Counted from the first letter of the stretch, positions 20,634 to 32,000 are shown. The stretch is 32,000 nt of DNA from Wallemia ichthyophaga EXF-994 (GCF_000400465.1 NW_008806274.1:510244-542243), one strand, 5' to 3'. The notes: generated by a model from the sequence alone, not told the origin. Program-made: numbers and translations.

Positions 20634-21673
20634 CTAACAACAGGACCAGCCGTTGTTGCTGCTTGACGGTGCTCGAGACATGGACGATGATGATTGAACG
20701 AGGTTGCTGTCTGACATGACGCTGCCATCGCCAGGGGTGGATGAGGATAGGAAGATGGATTCCCTGTGTCTGGTGGCTTGTTCTCTTGCCAGTTTTGCCT
20801 TGGACTGTACAAGTTTGCGCGATATGTGCAGGAAGAGGTCGTTGATCCCGCTGTCATCCTTAGCGGATACTTCGAGGAGTGTAATTTGATCGATGAGGTT
20901 GTCTGTGGGTGTATCAAGAGTACCAGGGGTACCAGGAGTGTCAGAAGTGTCGTGGAAATTTGTATGTGAGTTGTTGGAGTAAGACCTGGCAATTGAGGAT
21001 GACATACTTGTTGATCGAGATCTGTTTATCCTTGTTGGCTTCTCATAGGGAAGTTCCTGGTTGCGCATGACTTCAACAAAGTCAGAGCTGTGCTCAGCAG
21101 TCCACTCCTTTATCTTATCCTTAGCATGATTGAAATCAACCTTACGCTGTGACTCGAGATCAGATTTAGAGCCAACGATAGCGATTAAAATGGATTGATT
21201 GAGATTATCTGTCAGCTCAGATAGCCAAGTCTTTACTTGTAGGAAAGAATTGTAGGATGTGATATCGTAGACGATGATAGCAGCATGAGCACCACGGTAG
21301 TAGAGTGGAGTGAGAGCCTTGAAGCGCTCTTCACCAGCGGTATCCCAGATTTGGATTCTTACGCGTGTTTTATCGATAGTCAATTTCCTGGAGCATATCA
21401 GCTGTGTTTATCATGTGTTTCGGCGCACTGACTTTGTGAGGAACGAAGCGCCGATAGTGGCAGCAGTAGTGTTCTGACTAAATAGCCCACTCGTGTATCG
21501 CTCTGCGAGTGATGTTTTTCCAACGCCTTTTTCAAATGTAAGTGATACATACGCAGCCACGGCGACACTTGCTCACGCTGAGTACCAAGGATCACGACCT
21601 TTGCTTCCAACTCAGATTGCATTGGATCTGTACTTGAAGAGGAAACATATCTTGGTCTCCTTTTTCCGCTCAT
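20634..21673 (-). CDS. Atypical Rab GTPase (Rab5/21/22-related), C-terminal CC prenylation motif
   Basis: Introns 21576-21527 and 21432-21388. AKVVILGTQRVGKTSL, TIGASFLTKK, IWDTAGEERF, YYRGAHAAIIVYDIT, VGSKSDL, EVSAK, GWSCC*. The start is either ATG 21673 or ATG 21622. Confidence 0.88.
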
Positions 21674-21708
21674 TTACATTTACTTGAGTCTCTTCAACCA
21701 ACCACCAA

Positions 21709-22568
21709 ATGGAGAGTGAAGCTTCGTCTAAACTCACTCAACTAAATATTGAAAAACTTTCAAGGCCTTCAAAGCCTTCAAGGGCCTCATCCGTCGATAC
21801 AAAGACTAGTGCTCCCGTCGCAGACGTAAATGGTCTCGGTTGGCCAGGTTTGTTCTGTCGTCATTCTAGGCATACCCACTCACCCAACTCACAGCAAAAT
21901 CAACTCTTCAGCGCCTGAAGGAAACTCCCGATCAGAAAGACGCTAGAACCGCTAAGCTCACCGGGGCCGTCAAAACTCTTCTCGAATGTATCGGCGAGGA
22001 TCCCTTAAGGGATGGTCTACTCAAGACTCCAGAGAGATATGCAAAGGCTCTCCTCTTCATGACCAAAGGATATGAGGAGAAGCTGAGCGATGTTTTGAAT
22101 CAGGCTGTGTTTGAAGAAGATCACGAGGAAATGGTTATCGTGAGGGATATCGATGTCTTTTCATTATGCGAGCACCATCTTGTTCCTTTCAATGGTAGAG
22201 TGCGTTAAATTGATACCTCTCTTGCTCTATTGACTCACCCTGCGCAGATTTCAATTGGATACATACCCAACAAGAAAGTTCTCGGTTTGTCTAAGCTTGC
22301 TAGACTTGCTGAAACTTTCGGTCGCCGTTTGCAAGTTCAAGAACGTATGACGAGACAGATTGCTCTTGCTATCGAAGAGGCTATTCAACCACAGGGTGTG
22401 GCTGTCGTTATGGAGGCTAGCCATATGTGCATGGTTATGAGGGGTGTACAGAAGCCATCAGCAACTACCGTTACGTCTACAATGCTGGGTTGCTTCCGCC
22501 ATTCTGCTAAAACTCGCGAGGAGTTCCTTACTTTGATAAGGACACCAAAATCAACATTTCCTTATTAA
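21709..22568 (+). CDS. FOL2: GTP cyclohydrolase I
   Basis: Introns 21848-21894 and 22200-22247. [68 protein letters not shown]. Confidence 0.96.
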
Positions 22569-23058
22569 TTATTAGATTAGGCTTGCCTTGAGCGTTGAAA
22601 ATGGTACATTTTGCTACCATCTGCTCCTGCTCTCTGCTACCTTCTGATGCGTTATGGACTATTTATTTTCTATCACTCAGCTAATTCAACTTGAAAGCAC
22701 TCTTCGTACTCATAAATATACTAACACGGTATGTTGTACCACTATCCTTGCCTCTTTTAGCCATTCAACTGTGTTAACTGTTTATCGCATGAATTTGTCT
22801 CATTATAATGAAAATTTGTCTCCTTCATCCTGTGATTTGCATATCAGAAATCGCGACCCTTGTGCTTGTCTGCTTCCTGTCAATTTATCAAGTCCTTTTC
22901 TTATATTATAATTTATGGCTCAAGTCGATGGCATCACAAGCTGATAAATTTCCGTGAACCTGGGAACGAGCCGGTTAATGTTCCGCAACTTCTACAGTGC
23001 AGCTATCCTCCTCTTCATCACAACGAAAACGTCATCTCCATCTTTCATCTTAACCGCC

Positions 23059-26000
23059 ATGGTCGTAGACGCCTCCATTTACGAGGAGTGCGCACAAATA
23101 ATATCTAGTTCTAATTCTGAAAATACCAATAACGAACAAGCGTACGTGTTCCCGTATTCTACTCGACGCGTGCAAGACTCACGCCCAATCTCAGCGTGGA
23201 CTTAGTTCAGAACTTCCCGAACGAATTCTTTGCCACTTTACTATCAGCTAATCCCCTACCGGAATCTACGCTTAGTCTTATCAAATTCGTAATCCTCTCC
23301 CTCGAAGGAGAATTCAAACAACTCGCTCAATCTGCTCTATGCGACACTTTCAGCGTTTTAGACCTCCCATACGAGGATGCAGCCATGGGTTTGAGATTGA
23401 AATTAAAATCCACGCTCCCAGATGACCAGAATGCCGTCAAGATGCAACTCGATCAAGTATCTACTCAAAGGAAACCACTTTACGATTTAGTCAGAGCTTT
23501 AATTGTGAGTTGCAGCTCGCTCAATATGTCTATCTAACACTTTTCTAGATGGAGGGTTATCTCAGTTCTCAGATGCTCTCACAACGCATCGGTGCATCTG
23601 GTTTGAGCCAACTTGGTCTCATCGGCGACCCTACAATCCACCAGCGTAAGGAAGCTAGAGCCAACACCGCGGCTATATATCGCCAGCATCGTTTTAACTT
23701 GCACAGAGAAGTTGCAGAGGGTTTCGCCAAGATGTCGACTCTTATTCTCAGCTCAATGGGTGATGGTGATGCTGTTGGCACAATAAGGAGTAGTGAATAC
23801 ATCGAAGCTGAAAAAAGGCGTGCTTTTCAATGCTGGATTGGCATTGAGAAGCTCATTGGTTTCTTCGATCTTGATCCTCTTAGAGCTCTTTCAACAATAC
23901 TGGATATATTCTCCTCATCAATTGCATCTCACTGGCGGTTCTTCTTGGCTCTGCTGGATTGCTCACCTTGGAGACGTAAGACTAATGAACAGGAGATGCA
24001 AACGGATATCACGCCAGGTAAATATGAAAATTGGGACTTTAAGGACATTATACAAGACGCAGAACAAGGTAGAAGACAACCACTTAATCAAACACGGAAT
24101 ACCAACGGTAATTCTTCACTGGAGGCTAACCTTGTTATTGCTCAAGTGTTAGGTTTCCAGATGAGATACTACCAGAGGAAGCAATCAGAGAAGAACTCTG
24201 ATAGCTGCTATCATCTCTGTGCTCTGTTGATACGTGAAGACTACGTTTCTTTGTTGGATCTACTCCCACATTTACATCCTGACGACAAGACTTTGAATGA
24301 TTTAAAAAGTATCTACAAGGACACCCTCAGTGACAGGCTGATGTCAGCTAAAACTACAAACAACAAGCTGGCGATGGCTGCTCCACTTAGTGATGATATG
24401 CCTACTGCAGCCTTGAACGATAACAATAGTTCCAAGGAGGATGAGAAGGATGAAAAGAAGGAAAAATCAAGTGAAAAGGATGAGAAGCCTTTTGAGCCAC
24501 CGATGCAGAAGGTCTGTCTGATCATTTCCTTGCTCAGTGTTGGTGCTCTGAAGGAGGGATTCTTTTTACTATCACTTTACCCACACATCCCTTACATTTA
24601 CCCACGCATTATTGACATTATTTTGAGGATAGCAGAGTATTCAATGGAACCAGTATATGAACCCATTTCAACTAGGACAAAACGCAAGATTGACAAGAAG
24701 ATTGGTAATACTAAGCAATTTAGCTGCGAAGCTCCGACACCAGTTGCCAGTGAAAAAACCGAACATGTATTCTATTACGACAAGTGGACTGAGAACGTCC
24801 CACAAGTACACACAATTAAGGAGACGTTGACCGTTATAGACGGATTTCTAAAATTTGTGGGACCATGCTGTTCACGTAATTCAGTCTTTTTTCAAAAGCT
24901 ACTGCGTTTAGCCAGTCACGAGTCGCAGAAAGCTAAATCAGAAACATGTTTGGAACCTTGGATTAGTATGACAAGAAATTACTTCTTACCAGGTTTGGCA
25001 TTGTCAATCTCGAGCAATACATTATCGATAGCCTTGTGGGATCTCATGAAGCGCTTCCCACTCCACACGCGATATCAACTTTACGGAGAGATGAGAGGCT
25101 CTACCTTGAAAAGACTTCCTGAAGTGAGGGTAAAGTATTTGGAATCTGAACGCGATGCGAAGTCAATTTTACGAAGACTCAGTTCAAATAAGGCGTATTT
25201 GAAAGTACAAGGCCGAGCAATAGGAAAGATATCGCATACCAACCCAGTTGCATTGTTTCATACAGTTTTGCAGCAAGTGCAGTCATATGAGAACATTGCA
25301 CTACCAGTGATTAATGGTCTTAATTACTTGTCGGAGTTGAGCTACGATGTGTTTACTTATACGTTACTAGATTTCTTCACTGATCCTGCCAAGGAGAGGA
25401 CCAAATTGGATGGTACAAACGCTTCACTTTGGCTACAAAGTCTGGCAACATTTACAGGAGGTTTGTTTAGAAGACAAGTCAACTACATGGACCCTTCACC
25501 CTTGCTTATGTATGTCGGACATGAGTTAAAGAGATGTCACGTAAAGGATCTCATCATATTCAGAGAGATATTGAAAGAAATGTCAGGCATTCACCCACTA
25601 TCTGACCTTAGTGATGATCAGATTATCGCTCTTAGTGCTGGTCCATCACTCAAAAGCGAAGCCATTCCTCATCAAATGGACAGCGAGGTTGCCAAGTTTA
25701 TAAAGAAGTCATCGAAGAATTTGAGACATGCTCTTCATACCTCCAATCTCACCATACCTATGCTCGTGCTTATAGCGCAGCAACTTCAGGTCTGTGTATA
25801 TATGGTGCCTGAAAGCGAGGCCCACCCTAAACATCTGTCAACTTTGTATGATGAGACGGTCGGTGTTTTGCTGCAGTATATTGCCTTCCTCAGGGCCACT
25901 CCACCTCTCCAAAATGATCCTTGGTCGACTTACGAAGATTCACTACCGTCGTTTGAAGATCTTGTCAATAAGTTTGGACTGGATATTGGAGTTGCGTTTG

Positions 26001-28582
26001 CGATTATTAGGCCAAAGGTATCAGGTGAAATCTACGCGTACGAGAAGCAGAAGAGAATTGATGATGATGCCGAGAAGGCAAAAGCCAAGGAAGCGACTGA
26101 CAACGAAGGTCAATCTGAGCAAGTCATGATGGAGGGAGATAAAAGCAAACCAGAAGCAGATGATAAGGGAGGTGATGTAAAGATGGAGACAGATGTTACT
26201 TCGAAAGCACCATCAACGCCACCAAGTACCAAGGATGTGTGGCATCCAATGCTTTCTGGATTGATTTCACAAATGAGTCATGTCCTGAGTGACAAAATCA
26301 AGCAGGCGCTTTCACCTGCATTCGTGACGACATTCTGGCAGTTAAGCATGTATGACATTTCAGTGCCGATTGAAAGATATGGTCAAGAATCAGCTAAGTT
26401 ACAGAGTATGGCTAAGACCCGTGAGTGGTCGATGGTTGATAAGGAAACTGGAAAAAGCAAAGCTTCTACTGTTCCCGCTAGGAAGGATGCGCTAAATAGT
26501 GATATGCATGAGCATATGAAGGTTTACGAGGCTACGAAAAAGCGCATAAGTAATGAGAAGCAACATTGGTTTAGTGATGTTAATGCTAGGAGGAATTCGT
26601 CCATCAACTTCTATATCCAGTACTGCATCATGCCACGTGTAGTACTCAGTCCTGAAGATGCGCTTTATTGTGCGAGGTTCTCGAAACTTATGCATAATTA
26701 CGGCGTACCTTCTTTCCCGACGTTACTATTCCTGGATAGGGTGAGTTGGTTTGGCCAATCTTAATTTCCAACTCACACTACTTAGATTCTCTGCGAAAGT
26801 CCTTCAGCTATTTTGTCATCATCTACCGAAAACGAAGCTAGAAATTACGGTTGGTTTATGTTTTTATGGCAAATGAATCGAAACTAACGAGAAACAGCTC
26901 GCTTCTTGACAGAAATACTGTCCGATGTTTCTGCTTGGCAGAAAAACGAGGAGGCATACAACAAAGGCGCAAGAGGTACAGGTGCTCAACCATTACCTGG
27001 TTTTCGCAAGAGTTGGGATGCTCAGAGCAACGTTTTACTCACCTACGAAGAGTTCAAGAAAGCGTTCAGCAAATGGCAGAGCAAGTTACTGAATGCATTT
27101 ACAGCATGCGTCTCTTCTGGTGAATACATGCACGTACGGAATGCTGTGATAGTATTCAATATCGTCAGCGAGTTCTTCCCAGAATCGCATAAGACTGGCG
27201 AGAGTATGTACAATCTCGTCAAGGAATTGGTGTCAAACGAAAAGAGAAACGATCTCAAGATTCTCGCCCAAGGATACCTTGCTCAACTTAGCAAGAGAAG
27301 ACACTCATGGGGAGGAGCTGATCCTGAGCCACACAAGCCCATTACAGAAAAGAAGCCTGAAACGAAATCTTCTGCACCAGCGGAAAAGACTAAAATTGTT
27401 GAGAATAAAGTTAGAGAGACTAAAGTTGATGAGTCTCCAGAGACTGCTGAATCAACAAAACCAGTTAAACAAGCTGAGACAGTTGAACCAGCTTCAACAG
27501 AAGCACCAGCTGCACCCGAAAATACAGGAATAGGCCAAGAAGCCAGCTTGAGGGCTCGCATACAGTCACGCACAGAACCTCCGAAAGAAGTCAGCATCAA
27601 GAGGGACAGAGAGAAGGTAGATTCGCCTGCAACGACACCAGCACCTTCGCAAGATGATGATCGTCGTGAATCACAGCCAAAACCACCCCAGGGTCCCAGA
27701 AAGAGTGATTCAGCTCGCAATAATGGGTTACCTCCTAAGCCAGGTTCTGATACAACGAGGCAGAATTCTGAAAGAACACCCCAGCAATCCCAAAAACCAC
27801 GCTCTCCTGTACAATCGAGCGGTGCTAGCACAAGAAGAAGATCACCGCCACCTAGCAGACCAGATTCGCCAACGTCCAAGTATGTAGTATCTGTCACCGT
27901 ATGGATTCAAAGAAATCTAACATATGACTACAGTGTGCCACCTTCTGGACCACAGAGTATAAGAGGCAGAGCAGCAGCATCGGAGAAAGCAGGAGGCGGC
28001 TCAGCCTCACTGCTTAGTCGTTTCGAGCCTGAACATGAACGTAACGGGCGTAGCGGATCAGGTGGGGGTCGCAACAGAAATAGGTCACTTTCACCGCCAC
28101 GAGGTGGTCGCAAGTATGACCAACGTGATAGGCGTGATGGGCGCGATGAGCGTGAGGGTCGCGATGCTCGGGATAATCGTGAAAATCGTGACAATCGTGA
28201 CAATCGTGACAACCGCGATCGCCGCGACCAACGCGATCAACGTGATTCTCGTGACTCTCGCGAACAGCGTGACCATCGTGATAGATATGAGGATGATAGG
28301 TCGGGGTATAGCAAGCGTCGCAGAGTAGAAAATGAAGACAGTGGCCGCGGTGGTTCTGGTAGATACAGAAATGAAGAAATGCGCAAGTCACATCAATACG
28401 AGGACCGAGCAAGCACTAATAGCAAACGATCACGTAATGATCAATCTCGAGCATTCGAGTCTGCAATGTCAGTAGCTGGCTCGGGTGACGACTATCGAAG
28501 GAAGCGCGGTGACGACAGAGCGAATGAGAAAGAAAGGGAAGTGAAGCGAGACCAGAACTATAGGAAGAAAAGAGCAGGCTAA
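23059..28582 (+). CDS. THO2: THO complex subunit 2
   Basis: ATG 23059 in ACCGCCATGG context; introns 23142-23194, 23505-23548, 26741-26785, 26849-26897, 27880-27933. YRQHRFNLHREVAEGFAK, LIGFFDLDP, RYQLYGE, YDVFTY, WLQSLATFTG, FWQLSMYDI, PRVVLSPEDALYCARF, TENEARNYARFL, SGEYMHVRNAVI; charged low-complexity tail. Confidence 0.95.
28124..28285 (+). repeat. Eighteen 9-nt units encoding (R-D/E-x)18 in the THO2 tail
   Basis: CGN-GAN-NNN periodicity with a core of (CGTGACAAT) copies; protein RDRRDGRDEREGRDARDNRENRDNRDNRDNRDRRDQRDQRDSRDSREQRDHRDR. Confidence 0.9.
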
Positions 28583-28658
28583 TTAATTTTAAATAATGTT
28601 TATCGTGCATTTAAAAGTACAATTTTGTATTTTCATATTTATCTTATCGGAGATTGAG

Positions 28659-28689
28659 TTTGACGCGACTAGATTGGGATTTGACGCGA
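28659..28689 (+). promoter_or_regulatory. Two identical TTTGACGCGA boxes (MCB-like ACGCG core) directly upstream of MRC1
   Basis: Exact 10-mers at 28659-28668 and 28680-28689, period 21 bp, ending 3 bp before the ATG at 28693. Confidence 0.6.
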
Positions 28690-28692
28690 ACG

Positions 28693-31600
28693 ATGAGTAC
28701 AGGCGTGGATGGAAAGGAGCCAAGTAAAGAAAATAACTCAGATTCACCAAAGAGAAATGTAATTAGAAAGTATGGCAGAGCGCGTCCAGCAGAAGCAGCA
28801 CAAGAAGTTAGCGCAACCAGTCATTTCGCTCAAGAACAACAGCAGAAACCATACGAAAGCAATATGTTAGATAGTGATGATGAAGGCGGTGAAGACGCGT
28901 CTTATGCTGATCTAAGAAAGGAATTGGGTATTGGTGGATGGAACGATGAAGTTGAGGCTATAGACGCGATGCCAGAAGAGCAGCTGCGTACACTTCCAGC
29001 TAACCTAATTGACGAGTTTGATAGCGACGGCGAGGAAACTCAAAGTGCTCATGTGCGTCCTTGTTGAGAATTGTATGTCATCTAATCAACAGCGCTAGAA
29101 GGAGAAGGAGAAGGAGAATGGAGAGGATTTCAGTCTTTCCATGGCAGAGCAACGTCAGCTAGTTGAGAAAGAGGAGGGGAGCACTGATCACAATCCTCAA
29201 GAGTCGCGTTTACCGCTGCCGTTTGAGGAAGAGGAAATGGATTTCACGGCTGACAGGATCAAGAAGCCGAAGGTGCGTCATCACTATACGCGCTTATTGC
29301 CTCCGTCTAACATACCCCAAGGGACTTAACAAGAAGGAAGTCGATAATTTACATCGTGAAACAGCGAGGATGGTCAGAGGTGAGTTGTATAAAGCTTAAG
29401 ACTAACAAAGCTAACAAGATAAGATCAAAACGTCAGACTGGAATCACGCAGCGATAAGATGACCTTAGCTGATTATTACGCAAAGCTAGCGATAAAGAGA
29501 GGGTGCGTGTCTTGGTCTTTGTCGCCCTCCTCGCTCACTTTACTGATACAGTCACGCTGAAAACAAGGCAGAAGAAACGGTCCAAGCTGATGAGGAACAA
29601 CCCCCAGAAACCACCCTACTCACAACATCCAAAGACACACCAGCAGAGCACGCAAAGGCTGACAAAGATTTAGATCATCAACCAGAAGAAGACATTCTCG
29701 TGCAGCAAGACATTGACGCGAAGAAGACACAACAATCAGAAAAGTTAAGACATCTCAAAGTCAAGGCTCTCGAAAGCGCACATCAAAAGAGCCAACAACT
29801 TAAAAAATCAAACAAAGAGCAAGACGTTGATGAAGATATTGAAATACTTGCAGATGAGTCTGCTGTTGGTCCAGTCGCCCGTACTGCCGGTGCACGTTTG
29901 GGTGCTGGACATGAAGACGCTACCAGTAAAATGTCAGCTAAGCGTCGCTGGGATAGTCGTGAAGCCCATAAAATCAGGAAGTTTGTTGGCATTTCTGAGC
30001 GTGGTGGATCAGGTGCCAAGAGGCGCAGAAGCAGTGAAGGCACACCAAACAAAAAGGGAAAAATGCTCACGAATGAGGAATTAATGGAGAGTATCAGACA
30101 GAAGACACTTAATCAGGAACTCCAATTTAAGGATCATGTGGAAGAGCTCGAACGTGTGCGCAAGAATAAATACAACATACCTAAACCCAAGACGGAGCTG
30201 TCTGAGCGCATTGATCCGGTAGAGGCGGCCATTAAACGTGCTGAAAGAAAGTCGGAAATATATGCTGATATTGGAGCTGATGATGGAGTAGACAGTGACG
30301 ACGATGCTGAGGACGAAGACTGGGCGGGATCGGCTGATGAAGAGGAAGATAAGCCAGCGATTGCATCAGGCTCTGAACGAGGATCAGAAGAACCTGACGA
30401 GAATGAGATAGAGAAGGAAAACCACTCATCCTTCTCATCTAATGCTACGAGTGGCAGACCCGAAAACACTCGCAAACCTCTAGGAGAAGCAACCGGACAT
30501 GCCTATGATAATGCCAGCGATGATAGCGACGGAGAAGTTCGCGGATATAGGCGGATAAGGAGGATTATCAATGATGACAAGGATGAGGAGCAAAATGAGG
30601 CTAGTAAGATTGAGGGTAGATTGGAGTCACCATTTGAAGATAATTCACAGCCTGAGTTTTACATGAATGAGGATGGGCTGCTGACACAGTCGAAGCCGTC
30701 AATGGAATTCGCTGAGGAGGGTATGCAAGTGGATAGAACTGAAGAAGTCAATCATGGTAATCAGCTCAGACGCAGATCATATGTGAGTGATAATGACGAT
30801 GAGGGTTATGTAGCGAGGAAGCCAATGAGACAGACACAGCAAGCAACTCAAGCGACTCAACCAACCCAGGTAACGGAAGCAACTCAAGCAGCCACACAAC
30901 CAGCCACAGAAATCAAGACACAGCAGCTTACGCAAATTGAACCAATACCGACAATGAAAGAATCAACGCAAGCCACTCAAGCTAAACAAACCATCCAAGC
31001 ACCAGCCAGCCCATCTTACAGCGACAGTGACAGTGAGCAAGAGCAACCACCAAAACCATCGAGGAGTGCATTCGATACACTCAAGAAGGGAATGAAGAGG
31101 CAGGAAGAGAGGCAGAAGCGACCAATTGATCCGCGCTACTTTGAAGCACAAGCTGAGATATCTGATGAGGACAACCTGGTAGGATTGATTAGTGATGATG
31201 AAGAAGATGACGAAAGAAACAATCGCCAATTAGATGAGCTGGTGAATGACGACAGGGTGGCACGGGAGACGCGCGACAAGCAGGATAAGTTGGCTACCGA
31301 GAAGTACCAAGAGCAGTTAAAAGAGGACGATGAACTGGATAAGAAGGTAGCGCAAAATGCTGCAGATGGTCGGTATAGATATAGGAGGAGACATCGTAAT
31401 GAGGATGGATTGGAGATGAGTAGTGATGACGATGATATCGAGTTCATGAAGGCGCAGGAACAATTGGCGACTAGGTTGGCAAAGAGAAGAAGGAAACAGG
31501 CTGGAGAAGAGCCGATGGAGAGATATGGTGGGTTTAGATGGATTTTTCTATAATTGACGCTGACATTTGCACTCGATACAGCTCGTAATCCTAGAACTGC

Positions 31601-32000
31601 TGCTTTCGTCGCTGCGTTCGAGGCGCCTGCGAATGCTGAAGATTTTGAAGCGGACTTTGATGTGGAACATACAGGTGGACCTTTGATCGAGCAGCCGGAG
31701 CATAGGAAGGATAGTGAAAACAGTGCCAGCGACAGCGTAGATGAGGATGAGGATAGTGATGTATCTGAAAGTACACATCAAAATGACAGCGTTAGGGTGA
31801 AAAAGCAGATGACGTTGAAGGAAGAAGCAGCAGCAATGCGCAATTTCATGGAAAGGGTAGGTCTGCTGCCTTTAACGGTAGCGCCGCAGCTGAGATAACA
31901 ATAACACAGAAACACGCGTACGAAAACATACAGTCGAGCGACTCGGAAGACGAGAGCCAGGCTATGCAGTTCGTCAGGAAGGGCGATCCGGGTAAGCAGA
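28693..32000 (+). CDS. MRC1: Mrc1/Claspin-like replication checkpoint mediator; 3' end beyond the window
   Basis: Introns 29053-29098, 29273-29321, 29380-29423, 29503-29551, 31528-31581, 31857-31909 give one open frame. Acidic low-complexity protein with a TQ cluster and MRC1-like segment YFEAQAEISDEDNLVGLISDDEEDD...ARNPRTAAF. Confidence 0.8.
30831..30997 (+). repeat. Degenerate (A)TQ coding repeat, 10 TQ motifs in about 50 aa
   Basis: QTQQATQATQPTQVTEATQAATQPATEIKTQQLTQIEPIPTMKESTQATQ from GCAACTCAA-like units. Confidence 0.8.

Noticed and set aside
14362-21673. VPS15, CUE1-like and Rab as a functional endomembrane gene cluster (also RLI1/TRAX/RRP4/DPH1/THO2 as an RNA cluster)
   Set aside because: At roughly one gene per 1.8 kb, such neighbours are expected by chance among housekeeping genes, and I saw no shared motif.
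22654-22911. 85-aa ORF between FOL2 and THO2
   Set aside because: It has no recognisable domain and UTR-like, T-rich composition.
27283-28412. Long antisense ORFs opposite the THO2 tail (and similar ones opposite VPS15, DPH1 and MRC1)
   Set aside because: These are shadows of low-complexity or repeat coding sequence on the sense strand, with no recognisable motifs.

Overview
Gene-dense eukaryotic (fungal) DNA. I infer a basidiomycete with an extremely compact genome such as Wallemia, from 41-63 nt GT-AG introns, mostly 5-200 bp spacers and basidiomycete-style protein sequences; I cannot confirm the taxon. By manual splicing I reconstruct 18 protein genes with 43 introns: Fic1/Inn1-like C2 protein (partial), NPT1, MAM33, RLI1, SNC1, SHE9, ERD1-like EXS, TRAX, RRP4, DPH1, a small membrane protein, an SOD-fold mitoribosomal protein, VPS15, a CUE1-like protein, an atypical Rab, FOL2, THO2 and MRC1 (partial). 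I see no tRNA, rRNA, CRISPR array or mobile element. Three things stand out. (1) SHE9 and the EXS gene overlap by 7 nt on the same strand in a start/stop arrangement (ATGTTGA), a candidate bicistron. (2) The largest gap (about 11.25-12.85 kb) hides a decayed tandem GATA-zinc-finger gene that the ORF track misses. (3) Start codons of divergent genes lie 25-35 bp apart and one pair of convergent stops lies 5 bp apart. Also notable are a start codon split by an intron and a Rab lacking its catalytic Gln. All exon coordinates are hand-derived and need RNA-seq confirmation.
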